Below are positions 25,330 to 39,200 of a DNA stretch of 64,000 nt, in pieces. The stretch covers positions 1,302,001 to 1,366,000 of the forward strand of contig NW_027191411.1 of the NCBI RefSeq assembly GCF_041146345.1, in the 5' to 3' direction. Under the pieces are notes generated by a model. It was not told where the DNA came from. It saw only the letters and a list, made by a program, of their open reading frames with translations, and ran no database searches. Every line of letters begins with the position of its first letter. The first letter of the stretch is position 1. The stretch comes from Neodothiora populina. Taxonomy: Eukaryota. A program made the position numbers and the translations under genes.

Positions 25330-28115
25330 TATGCGAGGAGAAGTAGTTGGTAGATAAGGAAGTAGTGAATTGAAGGATCTTGCTATGATTGTTGATGATG
25401 ATGAAGAAGTAAAACCCAACGACAGATCTGGCAAGCAGATAGCTTATGTATTAACCCCTCCATCCTCATCTCGTTCATGCCTCACACCACCGCACATGAG
25501 GGGCTTGCGACTTCCTTCGGCCAAAACCAGAAGGGCCGGTGTTGAATCTCCATCACGCATGATGAGGTAGCTACGCACCACATGAGGACGGAGGCTCGGA
25601 ATAGAGAAGGGTCGTGCTTCAACGTTCGGCGGCGATTGCAAGCCATAACGCAGCTTTTAGACGTGGGGTGATATCTGATGACCCCGTATGCGGCCGAGAC
25701 TCGCACCGACACATCAACCATCGCATGCTTTTGCCTACAAGAAAAGTGATCTTGGTGGTACGAGGATGCGCTAATCATTTTTTGCCTGCACAGCTGGTAT
25801 ATTAATCTGCGTTCTCGATTGCGAAAATCATGGTCCACGCGGGGCTTGTGGGGTAGTGCCGCGCCGACAATGATGAATCTACAAAGCGATTGATGATGCT
25901 GCTACTTGTACCGAGTAGAGCTACCTTACTGTCCACTGGCTTCGCATGTGAATCTATTGTGTTCGTCCGTAAGAGGCGTTGGAGCGATACACCGACAGCT
26001 CGAGGATGCCAATCGCTGCTCCTACAGGTAAGCCAAGAGGTTGTTGTGATCCTACAAATCAAGAAAATTGCTCGGACCAGTTTGAGACATCTCGGCTGAC
26101 ATGTAACATGACTAGATATACAACTATAGACCACGGTCATTTATCGTATGTAAAAGAGAGTACATCATAGAGATCGGTATGACTATAGGGCCGCCAGGAG
26201 AAAGCAAGATAATTACATTGAGATAGTTTTCGTCGTTGAAAGATCCGGCTGGCCACGTGAGACCAGGCGACAAAATCGGTACTGTCGGAAAGGCTTCACA
26301 AGAAGCGCCGAGTTGACAGCAGCCAGACCGGCCAAGTCTCGGAAAGCCGAAAACGGAGACAAAGGATGGAGTGACTGCAACTCACATCGTCATGTCGCAC
26401 TCGGTATAGCCGTGATGCAGCTAAGATCCATCCGAACTGTCTATCCTGCTGTCAACGAAGCCGCTGCTGACACAGAGTTGGCTGGTTCAACAACCCACCC
26501 AAGCGACTCCTGGTCAAGTGTGGCATACCTGACCTTGTGTAGATTGGACTAGAGCAAAACATCGTCTTACGAAGACAACTCAGAAGGCCAAGTCTGCTAA
26601 GACTGTTGCAAATACTGAAATCAACGATCGATGTAGCTCATTACACATACACGATTGTAACTAGCTACCCCTCCTTGCTACTGCGTGTCGGCATCAGTCT
26701 TCCAAGAAATGTACCTGTGCACATCATATACCGCGCGCATATCGAGTGCAATCGACAAGGTCGCCAACAGCACAATCTGTTTCGCAGTCCGTAACCCCAC
26801 CATTATATCATACCAGTAGTGAAGCTATCTTGCGCTCCCTCGGTTACACGAGCAGTGTCAATCCACGAAAGGAAAGAGCTCTACAGATCGTCGCTGCCAG
26901 CATATCGCATTGCGGAGAAAGAAAGGCACAATACCTCTCTATGTGCATATCACGAGGGGAAGAAGACCGCGGTGGGCTGAGCCTTTCAAGTAAGTATTAA
27001 GGTTTTTCTCTCTCAGGCACAACTGACGGGGGTGTCCATGTGTAGCCCGCAGATACACCAGGCACATGTGAGGCGTGATGCCTGGAATGAAGCGACCTGT
27101 GCTGAGGTACCGTACCTTACCTGTATCTTGTTTTTGTTTTGTTTTTCAAACCGACGTGATGACGGGCGATTCGGGGAAAGTCTACCTACGAAGTACCTGA
27201 CATTGTGAATAAGGTAAGGTACCTTATTCAGGATACGTTCGGCCCGTTGTAGCGGGAAGCTCTCTTCTTACAGACGGGCCGAACTCGAGCGATTAGTGGT
27301 AGGGTGATTCAATAGACCCTTACATCTCACGAGCGGAGGGTACTAGATCTTTGTACGATGATGGCGTTCCTTGCACGTTGTTCGTAGTACAATAGCATTC
27401 AGGTTCTTTTGCATGTAAGTTCTCGAATAACAGGGATGGCAATACATGTCTATCGGGATCCGCCCAAGGTGGGTGTACACCTGATGTGGCTCAGTCAAAT
27501 TTATCCATCGCACAATGCAAGCAGCAAGCTTGAAGCAGCAGTAATGCATCAGCTTCGCGATAAACGTCGTACCTTTGGGCGCGGAGATATGGAGACTTGA
27601 AGTATGTGAGATGTGCAGGCAAGGTCGGTCGGCCATCCTAGATACGTGTGATCGTGTTTGGACACGATCAGGACATACAGAAGCAAGAGCAGTATGGACA
27701 GGGTTGCCCTCCATAAACCTGCCCGCGTCGAATGTCTCGCACGCACTGGTGCCTGATCCCAGGACGGCTCGTGCGCCTACAGTAAGATCTGGCAAGTTGT
27801 TTGTTTATCGAAGGCACATCGTACGTATTTGAAACATGAATACGGTAAGCAGCAGCTTGGTGTCAATTGTCAAGTTTAGGTTATATATGAGTAAATGCAC
27901 CTGGTATCAATCCCGCCCCGTAACATTCATCAGAGGGAGAAACGTAAAGAAATAATGAGAAAAGGGGTGCACTGGAAAAGTAAAACGCCGATGCTGAATG
28001 CTAATGCGACTAAAGGGGTTGGATGATGTACAGAGGCGGTGGCAGATAGTTAGCTCATCTGAAGCCAGCGAAGTAGGGTGTACAAGAGGCGAATGACGGC
28101 GGCGAATGTGCGTCA

Positions 28116-29075
<960 letters not shown>

Positions 29076-29944
29076 TGTTGCTGTCGAGTCTGGTGCTGGG
29101 AGCAATCGAGATGCTCAGAGATGTGAGCGGGGCAGTTTGAAGATATATAGAATGAGGTGTCGTTCTGCAGACAAGAAGCGGTAAATGAAGTTGGGGTTGA
29201 TAAAGTTATATGATCAGCTTCCCACAATAATGTCAGGTCCAGCGATGGAAGAACAATCTACTTTGCTTGTCGATGCTCCGTCTGTAAAAAGATGAGAAGA
29301 TATTTTGCAGCAATGAGACACAGTTCACGACAGATACAGCACGGCAGGCACGAACACCGTTATTGTAAGGTAAGGTACTGTACAATATCAAAGCACCCCC
29401 GGCACCGCGGCTGCATCCAGGAGATGAACGGCGCCAAGCTTCCGGCTTTCTGCTTTGCTTCCTTCTTCTGCGACCGCAACTGCTGCTTCTGCGGTAAGGT
29501 ACAGCACTAGTCTCGGAACGGAAGGCCCCAGGGTCCGATAGAGACGAGGCAGCAAAGGGTCTGGCCATAATTGGCTGCGTCTTTCGATGCTCCACCCCAC
29601 GGAAGAGTGAACCTGATAACAGTCTGTGAGTGTCATGATACTCAATCCTTGTTGGCGTTCTATCTTGTCTTCGAGAGCATACAGAGTGGATATCTATGTG
29701 TGTCGAGAAAAGGACAGAGATGAGATTGGCTGTTTCGGGCAGAGCAGGACTGCGCCTTCTCCGCAAACTCCCAAGCAAATTCGGTGGAGACGAGAAGATA
29801 AGATCAGCCGCCGCCGCTTACTAAGCGCAAGACTCCCGCGGGAGAAATCCATGAAAGCAAAACTGTCTGTCGGCCAAGATTTGCCAACTCGATGAATCAG
29901 AAATAAATCATATAAATCATTTTTTTTTATCCAGCATAGCGACC

Positions 29945-31394
29945 ATGTCTGACCCTGTGGCCGTCGTGCAGCGTGCTCCTTCGCAATTCAAGCAGCCGTC
30001 TCGAAAAGGCAAGAAGGCCTGGCGCAAGAATGTCGACATTACTGAAGTCAACTCTGGTTTGGAGGATATCCGCGACGAAATAATTCAAGGGTAGGCAAAT
30101 ATCACCATAGCACCAAGTGCTGCGACTGATTCTGTATGTAGTGGTGTCCTTGCTGAGAGACCCGCTGAGCAACTTTTCACTCTTGATCTTGCTGGTCAAG
30201 ATGCCGTCAAGAACGAATACCGTAACAAGCACAAGCCATTAAAGTCCGAGGAAATCATCGCCCAACGATCTGCCATTCCCGCCGTCGATTCCCGCAAGAG
30301 AAAGTCAGCAGCAGCAGACGGTGTGGCTACCGGAAGCAGCAAGCGAAGCAAGAACGGCGCCTACGTACCCTACCACGAACTACAACGTCTCAAGGCCATC
30401 GCAGCCTCCGGCACCACTGCCGCGGATCAAGACTCTGCTCCCAAGTCCGCATCATATGATCCCTGGGCCGTCGAACCCGAGTCCCAATCTCCTCCGGCTC
30501 TTCCCTTCCTCGAGCCTAAAAAGGCACCGAAGCTACCTCAAACACTGCAACACCCGCCCATCTCTCTCGCTGCCAACGGCAAGCCTTTCCCTTCGGTTGG
30601 CAAACCTCAGGCCGGCAAAAGTTACAACCCTGCCTTCGAGGACTGGGACGCACTAGTCTCGCGCGAGGCACAAAAAGAGTTTGAAGCAGAGCAGAAGCGT
30701 GTGCAAAAGGCCAAGGAAGATGAAGAACGCATGGAGAAGGCCCTTGCAGAGGCAGCTAAGCCCGAGCCAAAGGGGGTGGACGACGATGACTACGAGAGCG
30801 CGTGGGAGAGCGAATGGGACGGTATCCAGAGTGAATCGGAGCAAGCCTCATATCTTGACAAGAAACGCCCGGGACGAAAGACGCCCCAGGAGCGAAACAA
30901 GATGAGGCGTAGAAAGGAAGCCGAAGCGAGAGCCAAGTGGGAAAAACAAATGAGGAAGAAGGAAGAGCAGCAGAAAGCAATCAAGTCTCTGACGAGGCAG
31001 GTCGAGCGCAAGGAGCGTGAGAGACTACAACGTCTTGCTGCACCCGCGCAAGATGACGAGTCCTCGGACGACGAGCGGGAGGAAACGCTACGAAAGAAGA
31101 GCTTTGGAAAGAACCCGTAAGTCCTGCTCTGCTGCCATCACTTGTCACCTTGCACAAATTTGCTAACATTGTCGTCGGTACAGTATACCCCAAGCCCCGC
31201 TCGAAGTTGTTCTCGCCGACGAGCTGCAAGACTCCCTTCGTGCTCTTCGCCCCGAAGGAAACCTACTCGGAGATCGCTTCCGTAAGCTCATGGTCAACGG
31301 CAAGATCGAGGCCCGAAAGCCCGTTTTCCAATACAAGAAGCCGAAGCGCGAGGTCACAGAGAAGTGGAGTTACAAGGACTGGAAGCTGCGTTAG
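29945..31394 (+). CDS. NOP53: 60S ribosome biogenesis protein Nop53/GLTSCR2
   Basis: QPSRKGKKAWRKNVDI, GKSYNPAFEDW, LEVVLADELQDSLRALRPEGNLLGDRF, EKWSYKDW. 2 introns. Confidence 0.93.
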
Positions 31395-33229
31395 TCTGTA
31401 CAGTCCTTGACTAGTCAGGTTGACGAAGTCCATCCACGCTGCGCTTGGAAAAGTTGTTGTCCACTTACTTCAACCTTTGCGTGGGTTTCTCGAAAAGAAA
31501 TGTCAACTCCGAGCAGAAATTGATACCCCACCCCTTCCACGCCTTCATCCAATCAACGCGACGTCTATCTACAAGCTGCATAGGTCCATTCATTCATCTA
31601 TATTGCTTCTACAGCCAGCAGCATGTAACCACGCAATTGTGAATAACATGTTCCCGAGCGACAAGCACGCCTCCTGCCTCCTCAAACAGAGAGACCTTTC
31701 GACACTTATTGGAGAAAGTACTCTGAGACCTACAAAAACGCTAGTATTGTGCCACTTGAAGTGCATGATCAAAGACAGCCATGTGTGAAACAAACATATT
31801 TAATACTCAACTCCGACCAGGTCATCAAGTGTGGTGCTCCTAGTACAAAAAGCAGTAACAGGCTTCCGATAGGTATAAGAATCGATGAATTACCTTACAG
31901 GTTGTCATAAGCGCTTGTGGAACACCGCGAGCATCAGAGAGAAGCAGAGTACTTCGTTCGGTATGTAGACCAATTGTTTCAATACTGGCTCCCTTGTAGC
32001 TCTGTTCGAACAAATCCCGCCTTCTCGATAACAGCCTTGTTTGCAGGCTTATTCCAAGGCTCGAGTGCAACCAGCCTTCTTCAAAAGATAGTCGAACTCT
32101 ACCCTGCGCAGAATATGAACATATAATGTCTGATCTATCTAGTTCACGTACAAGAAGTAGCATAGATAGTTGTACGATTCGGCAACGGTATTTTCCACGC
32201 TGAGTAGCGTCTATGACCCTTCAGCCGCTGTGATTTCCTCCATTTCCCTTCACGAGGTTCATGGTCGACAATAAGGAAAGAGTACGGACAAGAGTGACCT
32301 GTTTCAATTCACCTAACTTGCCTGAAAGATTTCCTAAGGCAAAGCAACCCATTGAGCATCTGTGATAGTCCCCCATCGACCGCTAAGATATACACAAAGA
32401 AAGTATTCGAAAAGCGGCCCAAACGAGCAGCACATGCCTTTGCTGCATTGCACGACGCAAGGAAGATCTGTACAACACTCACCTTCCAGAGCGGAAACAA
32501 TCGTCTGTGTATCAGCTACCGTTAGTGGTAAGCAGTGTTACCACAACCGCAGAACCATCTCTAGTCATGGAAAGCGAGTTGCGAAGCACCGCACTAACCC
32601 CAATCGGCTAGCTCAGTATACCATAAGTGCTTCCTTATCACCGTTTGCTTGGTGTGATGCAGTACCTGTATTGAACTTCAATGCTGAAGGTCGCAGGTTA
32701 GATACAGACGAGGGATGACAGCTCTGTAGCGCCTTAGCTTGATGCTGCTTGAAAGCTATGGAATGTTGTGAACATGCTATTACTCGAGAACTCATGACTA
32801 CGTAGATATCTTTTGAACCATACTCGCCATGACCAAAGTACAACCAGATTGCTGTCTCAGGTCTTATCTTACGGACTCTTCGACGATACTTTGACTACAT
32901 TTTAAAAGTACAATGACGGTCTAGTGTGGATAGATGTAATAAATGCAAGACCGACTGGACACGTACATTGATAATAATTCTTGAATATTTTTTTGATCTT
33001 GGGGGGTATCTGAACACAATAAATGGGACTAGTATAACGCCTTTCAAGATAGATGCTGCCTCTGACATCCTCAATTTCCACTTTATCCAAATACAAGGGG
33101 GTATATGATGGCTTCTCTTTTTTTTTTCCGTCGAATGGTTCTCCATGAACGCCCTGCACAAACATTGCGATTCAGCGGAGATTGACGCGTATTACGAATC
33201 TCGGCAGATTCTCCAAGAAGTCTCTCGTC

Positions 33230-36200
33230 TTATAGATCAGCACTTCTCGGATTGTGCCATGCAATGGGCACCTTTGGGACCCGGGGGCTCTTCTGACCAG
33301 TGCCTACTCCGCGGATAACGTCGCGAAATTCCTTCCTTTCGCCGTTGCCGCTGCCACTTCCTCCTGTTAATCTTCGCATACCTGAGCGTAGATTGGCTCG
33401 AATACCAATAGCGTTAGGTCTTGCCACACTCCGTACGGACAACGAGTCCTCTGATGTGGTCATTCTTGTCAAATCATCATCTGAAAAAGGTTCGGGCTCG
33501 TCGCCGGCTTCGTCGCCGGAGAGCATATCGGTTGACAAGGCAGGGGGACTGCGTCGCGTCTGCGCCATAGATGCGGATGCGGTAACGGATCGCGCGTGTA
33601 GTCCAGCCCTTTGAGGTGCTGCCAGCCCTGTAGGCCTCGTTGTGAACGCAGCCGGGGTCATGACGAGTGGATCTCGTGGTGGAGTGTATCGTACATCAGC
33701 GAAGCCATTCTGAAACGATGTCACCGAGGCATTGCGGCGAAGTGACTGTAGGATTGGCGCAGTCTGTGAGTCGTAGACGTTCTCTCGGTCCTCAACTAGG
33801 TAGCGAGCAGGCTCACGCGTGGGCATGGGCATCCGCTGATCGACCTGGTAATCGTCGAAAAAGTCATCGAGGCTGTCTAGCTTCATGACAAGCTCATCCA
33901 TACTGCCATCTTGATGTACAGAGTCGGACATGGAGGTGTCGGCACGCTCGGGGAAATACGAGCCGTATTGCTCATCCGCAAAGGTAAGCTCGGGGGTACT
34001 TGCAATGGTTGTTGGTCCGTCAACTCTTCCTTCAATAAAGGTATTGTAGACGGCCATGATGCAGTCACGGACGCGCGCAGCCTGAAATGCAGGCATAGGG
34101 ACCGACCACCCAGACTCTTCCGGAATGCCGTACAAACTCTTAGTGTTGTCATATTCTTTACGAGTAGCTCGCGTCGAGTGAGATCCTGCCATACTCATTC
34201 GTAAATGCTTATTATCCAAAGGTGTTCCTGCCATTGACATGATGTTATCCAAAACATCCAGCGCCTGCTGGCAATGCTTCGTTTGTAACAAGCGAAGCAA
34301 GGGCGCAATCAAATCGGGGCCCTGTGAAGCTATCTCCGGTCGTCGCATATCAACCTCGGGAATGATAGCGCATAGCAGACGCATCGTCATGACCTTGAGC
34401 CAAGGTATCTGATTATGCAGCAGACCTATCAGGAAGACCAAACTTTCATATTCCAGCATCGGAAAGAAGGCACCTTTTACGGCAGCCACTGCGTCCATGA
34501 GAAAAGAGTCGGCATCGCAGTAACGTTCTTGCGAGTACGCGCTGAGCGTTTGAGCAAGGTTCTCGACGCCTTGTAATTCAGCCACATTCGACAGCGTCTC
34601 ACTACTCGCCAGTACATTTTGGAACGTGCTTGGATCATCAAATCCATGCAGGTAGCGGGGTAGATTCGCAAGTACGGTGTACAGCAAACGACTGTCGTCA
34701 CCCACGAGGCCACTTGACGGTAGCTTCGTCATCCTCTCCAATATATCGAGTGACCTGTCCAAGCATACGCTGGACCGGAGTCCTTTGTACACGAGCTCCT
34801 GTAAGCCATGGAACTCACCTACCCACCCCGGTGGTTGGTTTTCTTTGAGGAGCTTGATCACCGCAGGATCACTCAAATCGATCTTTTTGAGGAGCTTATC
34901 CAGCATGGCGAGACTCTCGTGAAACTCTTGCTCGAAGATAGTGTTCAGACAGGCCGCAGTTGTCCAGAATAGCTGAGGGTATTGTATTATATCTTCTGCT
35001 GTGAGAGCGTCGATGATGGCCCTTAGGGTTATCAGTATCTCCCGAGAGAACGGTAGGCAATCGTGATCTGTGTCCGCGATAGTGGTATGCAGCCGCATAA
35101 GTATGTCAGCAAGCATTTGATGATCCAGTGAATTTAGGATCGATCGAAATATCTGAAACGAGCGGCAGGCGACGTGGCGCACAGGACAAAGCGTTGCCCA
35201 TTCGAGACATGTCTTCGCCCAATCTTCACGAATGTTGCTTTCAGCAGGATCGTCATATGCTACTCCGAGAACTCTCACTACTTGATCCACCACAAAGGTC
35301 ATCGAGTCGGGAACGCCGTCGAAATCGGTACCCTCGATCTTGCTTTCGGTCTCGTCATAAGACCATACCACTTTCGGATCGTGTCTTCTGATTGACTCAA
35401 TCAGATCTTCAATTGAATGCTTGTCAGGATCGGTGCTTCCCGGTTCGATCTTAGAGATGACAAGTTCGTGAATCATATGTACCAACATCTCTCGGGCTTG
35501 GTCTTGGACCAACGGAGTATAATGATCCCACTGAACGATGACAACCTGCAGAAGTACTGGGATCTTCTCTCGGGGCAATTGAATAGGAGAGACAACCAAG
35601 TCCACTAAGAGCATCAGTGCAAGCTGACCAAGAGACAGACCAGACTGCCTGTTCCCCATGGGTAGAACCAATGCCATGTCTGCAGTATATGGCAAGTTCG
35701 TGAGATCCTGAGGCATCGTCCGCGGTGTCTCTTTCTGTGCAATCATTGCATGTGGTTTTATTTGATTGAGAAGAAATTCGACCACCTTGAGACCTGCTGC
35801 CGTGGTCGACAGGAAAACAACGACTTGCTTGGCGTAATCAACGAAGTTTTGCTCGCGGCGGTCAAGGCACACTGCAATAATGAAGTCGAGTACCACCTGC
35901 ACATTACCACCGTAAGGTCCGGTTGCTAGGGCTTGCCAGAGAGCCTGTATCTCGTTATGAAGTGTGGCACTGCTTCGTGCTGTAATCTCAAACAAGTTGA
36001 CCATCAGCATATAGGAGCTCGCTGTAGGGCCTCCGTTGTCGGGCAGAACTTGCAGTTCGATTGTCTGTATCCACGGTAACATGGCTGCGACCATGTTGCG
36101 CTGGTGGTCTGGCATCAAACCTCCGAAATGTTTGGTAAATTCGGAGAATACGTGGAAGGCAAGATCTGAATGCTGTTTGGCAAGCCTTCGTGAGATCTCG

Positions 36201-39200
36201 AATTGTGCAAGCTTGTACACCGCGGTAGTTCTGTCGGATATACTGATATCAAGATCCTGTAACTTGGAACTCTTGCCAAGGCGTTCCTCAAGTGTGCGCA
36301 GGAGGCGAGCGGATTTCATACGAACATCTGCGCTTTCATTGCCCAAGGTATAAAGTGCAGCGCTGAGTACTTTCCAGAACGGCATTTCCTCACCGCTTCC
36401 GTCAGTCAAGACTTGAGTGACCACGTCAAAATAGCTCAGAAGCGACTTTGGATTCTTGGCATTGTAGCACTCTTCGATGGAGCGGGCCAGCAGAAAGTTC
36501 TGCTCAGCGTTGTGTGTGAGCAGGTTTTTGAGAGCTCGTCTTCCTGTGGCGTGGTTTCTGTCACTGGCCGATTCGAAGATGCCATCGACCCATCTCAACA
36601 TGCGTTGCACGTCGAATTGCATAGTGACATTGCCATCGCTGGCGACGATAATTGGCCCAGCACAGAGTGCAGCCATTGCACTAAGGGCAGCAGTCCGAAG
36701 TTCCTTTTTCTCAATCTCCATTTTTGCAGTCGCGTTCCCATGGTTCCTAGTGTCGTGCTCCTGTTCGAGGACGGATCGCCTCATGTGGTTCTCCTTGTGT
36801 CTAATTTGGCTTTGATTTGGCGAGAAGCCACACCAATCTTCCATCATAATGAAAGCGGCCTTTCTCACTTGGAAAGGCATCCAGCGTTGAGGATCCTTGG
36901 TCCTCTGGATAGCTTCGTAGAGGATCTCTACCAAGCCGCAGTAGTGTGTCCGCAATTTCTGAAAATCCCATTGCGTTTGAACCTCCTCATCATTGAGGAA
37001 AATGCGAAGGTCTTTGGTATAGCTTACGAGGTTCTGCATGATCCATTCATCATTGTACACCTCCGGCTCGTAAAGGCAGTGCGCTGTCAGCTGATACAGA
37101 TGTGTGATCTCTGTACGGAGGACGTCGCTACGCCGACTTCTGCGGGGACTACTAATGGACCGCTGATGTGACGCAAGCCATTGTTTGGCGTCCCCACTAC
37201 AATTTGCAACAGGAACCTGGAGAGACTCCAGAAGGGTCCGGAACAAATTCGTGTTTATTGCCCCAAGTCCATGTGCAGCGGCCTCACGTACGCCTGCATG
37301 ATTAGCTGACAAAAACGGGATGACCTTTGAGAACAACTCTGCAGCAGAAGAAATTTTCTCCTGCCCGATCGACGATGCTTTTGAGCTCTTGCGCGAATGG
37401 TGGGACGCTTGACCCGAGGGAACTGGCTGGGGGCCACTATCGGTCAGAGTAGTACAAGCAAAGATGAGATGTAATTTCCATTGTTCGATGGTAACTTCTG
37501 GCGGGCTGAACGCATTCCTCCCGACCATCTTGTTGGTGAGAGCAGTTTCGATAGAGATATATGGACTTGTGCGAGGACCGTCCGCAATGCCTCCAATTGT
37601 CCGGTGTGCATGAGAGAGCCTGGCACAGACGATGTCGCGGGTAAGGAGGACTGCCTGGGGGCATATCTGCGAACTCAGGCTTACCAGGTTGGGAAAAGCC
37701 TTGGACCAGAGGGTGGCATCGTGGACGGTGTCGCTGCTGCAAAGCTCTACCAGCGTGTTGTTCATGTTACTTTTGCGGAGGCCTTTTTGCAGACGACTTC
37801 GTTCGGCCAGGGAGAGCTTCTCGTCGTTGACGTCGATTACTTGCTGCGAACTGCCCTCTAGTATACTGATCAACCGCGTTGATGGCTGGCCTAAGGCAAC
37901 GTCGAACTTGGTGATCAGACGCAGAACTCGAACGGCAAATGCACGAACGTGACGAGATGGTGAACACAAGAAAAACAGGCCATGCGACTCGATTTCGTCC
38001 ACGTGAGCAAAAACTCTGGAGCGATTCAGGTCAGATGGCACGGCTTTTGCGGATGCCATTTCGTCATCTAGTGCCTCCGGTCCCGTCATCTGAGGCTGCG
38101 ACTGGAGATCGTCTATCCAGATCTCGAGTAATTCCACATACAGTCGTAGAGTATTCTCTATGTGGCCATGTCCAAGTAAACTTCCAGCAGAGATAGTCGC
38201 ATACCGATCATCGAAATTGAAGATGAAGCGAGCGAACCCTATAGTGACCAGTTGGGCGTGTGACTGACGTGCTATGGACTTCAGAGATTGTGCAGACGAT
38301 GTTGCTATATGATTCTGAACGTGAGCCGTGCCGGTGCAGAGAAGGTTGATGAGATGGTTCAGAGGAATTTGCGGCGAGAGAAATCGTGGCAGTGCCTGAA
38401 CAGCGACGTGTAGCAGATCGTAAAAGTTTTGTCGCACTTCAGGAGAGTTGAGGAGCTCTTCCCTCCTACTGAAACTGAAAGCTTCCGCCATTGGTGTCTT
38501 GGGTGTCGTCTGCGCCGAGAATTTTTCATCCACCACTTTTTGTCCGCCGAATGTCTGATCGCATATAATTGTGATCTCGCCGAGGATCTTGCAGAACTTG
38601 ACGTAGGAGTCCTTGGCAACATCACCAAAGTTGCCGGTCATAACAGGTTTCGATAGGCGTTCCACCTTGCCATGCACGGTGACAGCATTCTGCGAAGGTG
38701 ACCGACGATGCGAGTGAGGAGTTTGGAGATATATATCCGTGAGCGCGTCACATTCAAAAGTCACAGGAAAGGCCGGGGCCTCGCCCTTTTCCAAGTCTGA
38801 CATGATGGCAAGGAAAGCTCGGATGGCGATAACCATCTTCTCCGGATCCAAATTCTCAATCCTGCGATCCTTGCCAGAAATGATGACTTCTGCGTTCATG
38901 AGCGGGAATATGATAGCCCTGAAGCACAAGTCTTGCTGCTTGAAGCCAATGATTCTTATAAGCTGAATCAGAGGATCTGCAATGGATGGCTCTGTAGAAA
39001 GCAGTGATCGCTTGCCCGTTTGAAACACCATTCGGATGACCTCTTCCAGCTTTTTTACCGTGATGCCATGGCCCTCGGGACTTCGATATAGGTAAACCCA
39101 GACTAATCGACACAATGCTTTGAGGGCAGTGCCTCTGGTACTCCGTTCCTTCAGTTTTGGCTGCAGACCCAGAGCCATCGACAACCACTGCTGTGAGAAG

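Noticed and set aside
31400..33200. Several short ORFs in the 1.8-kb gap between NOP53 and TAO3
   Set aside because: I could not assemble a consistent spliced gene or recognise a domain; the composition looks non-coding.
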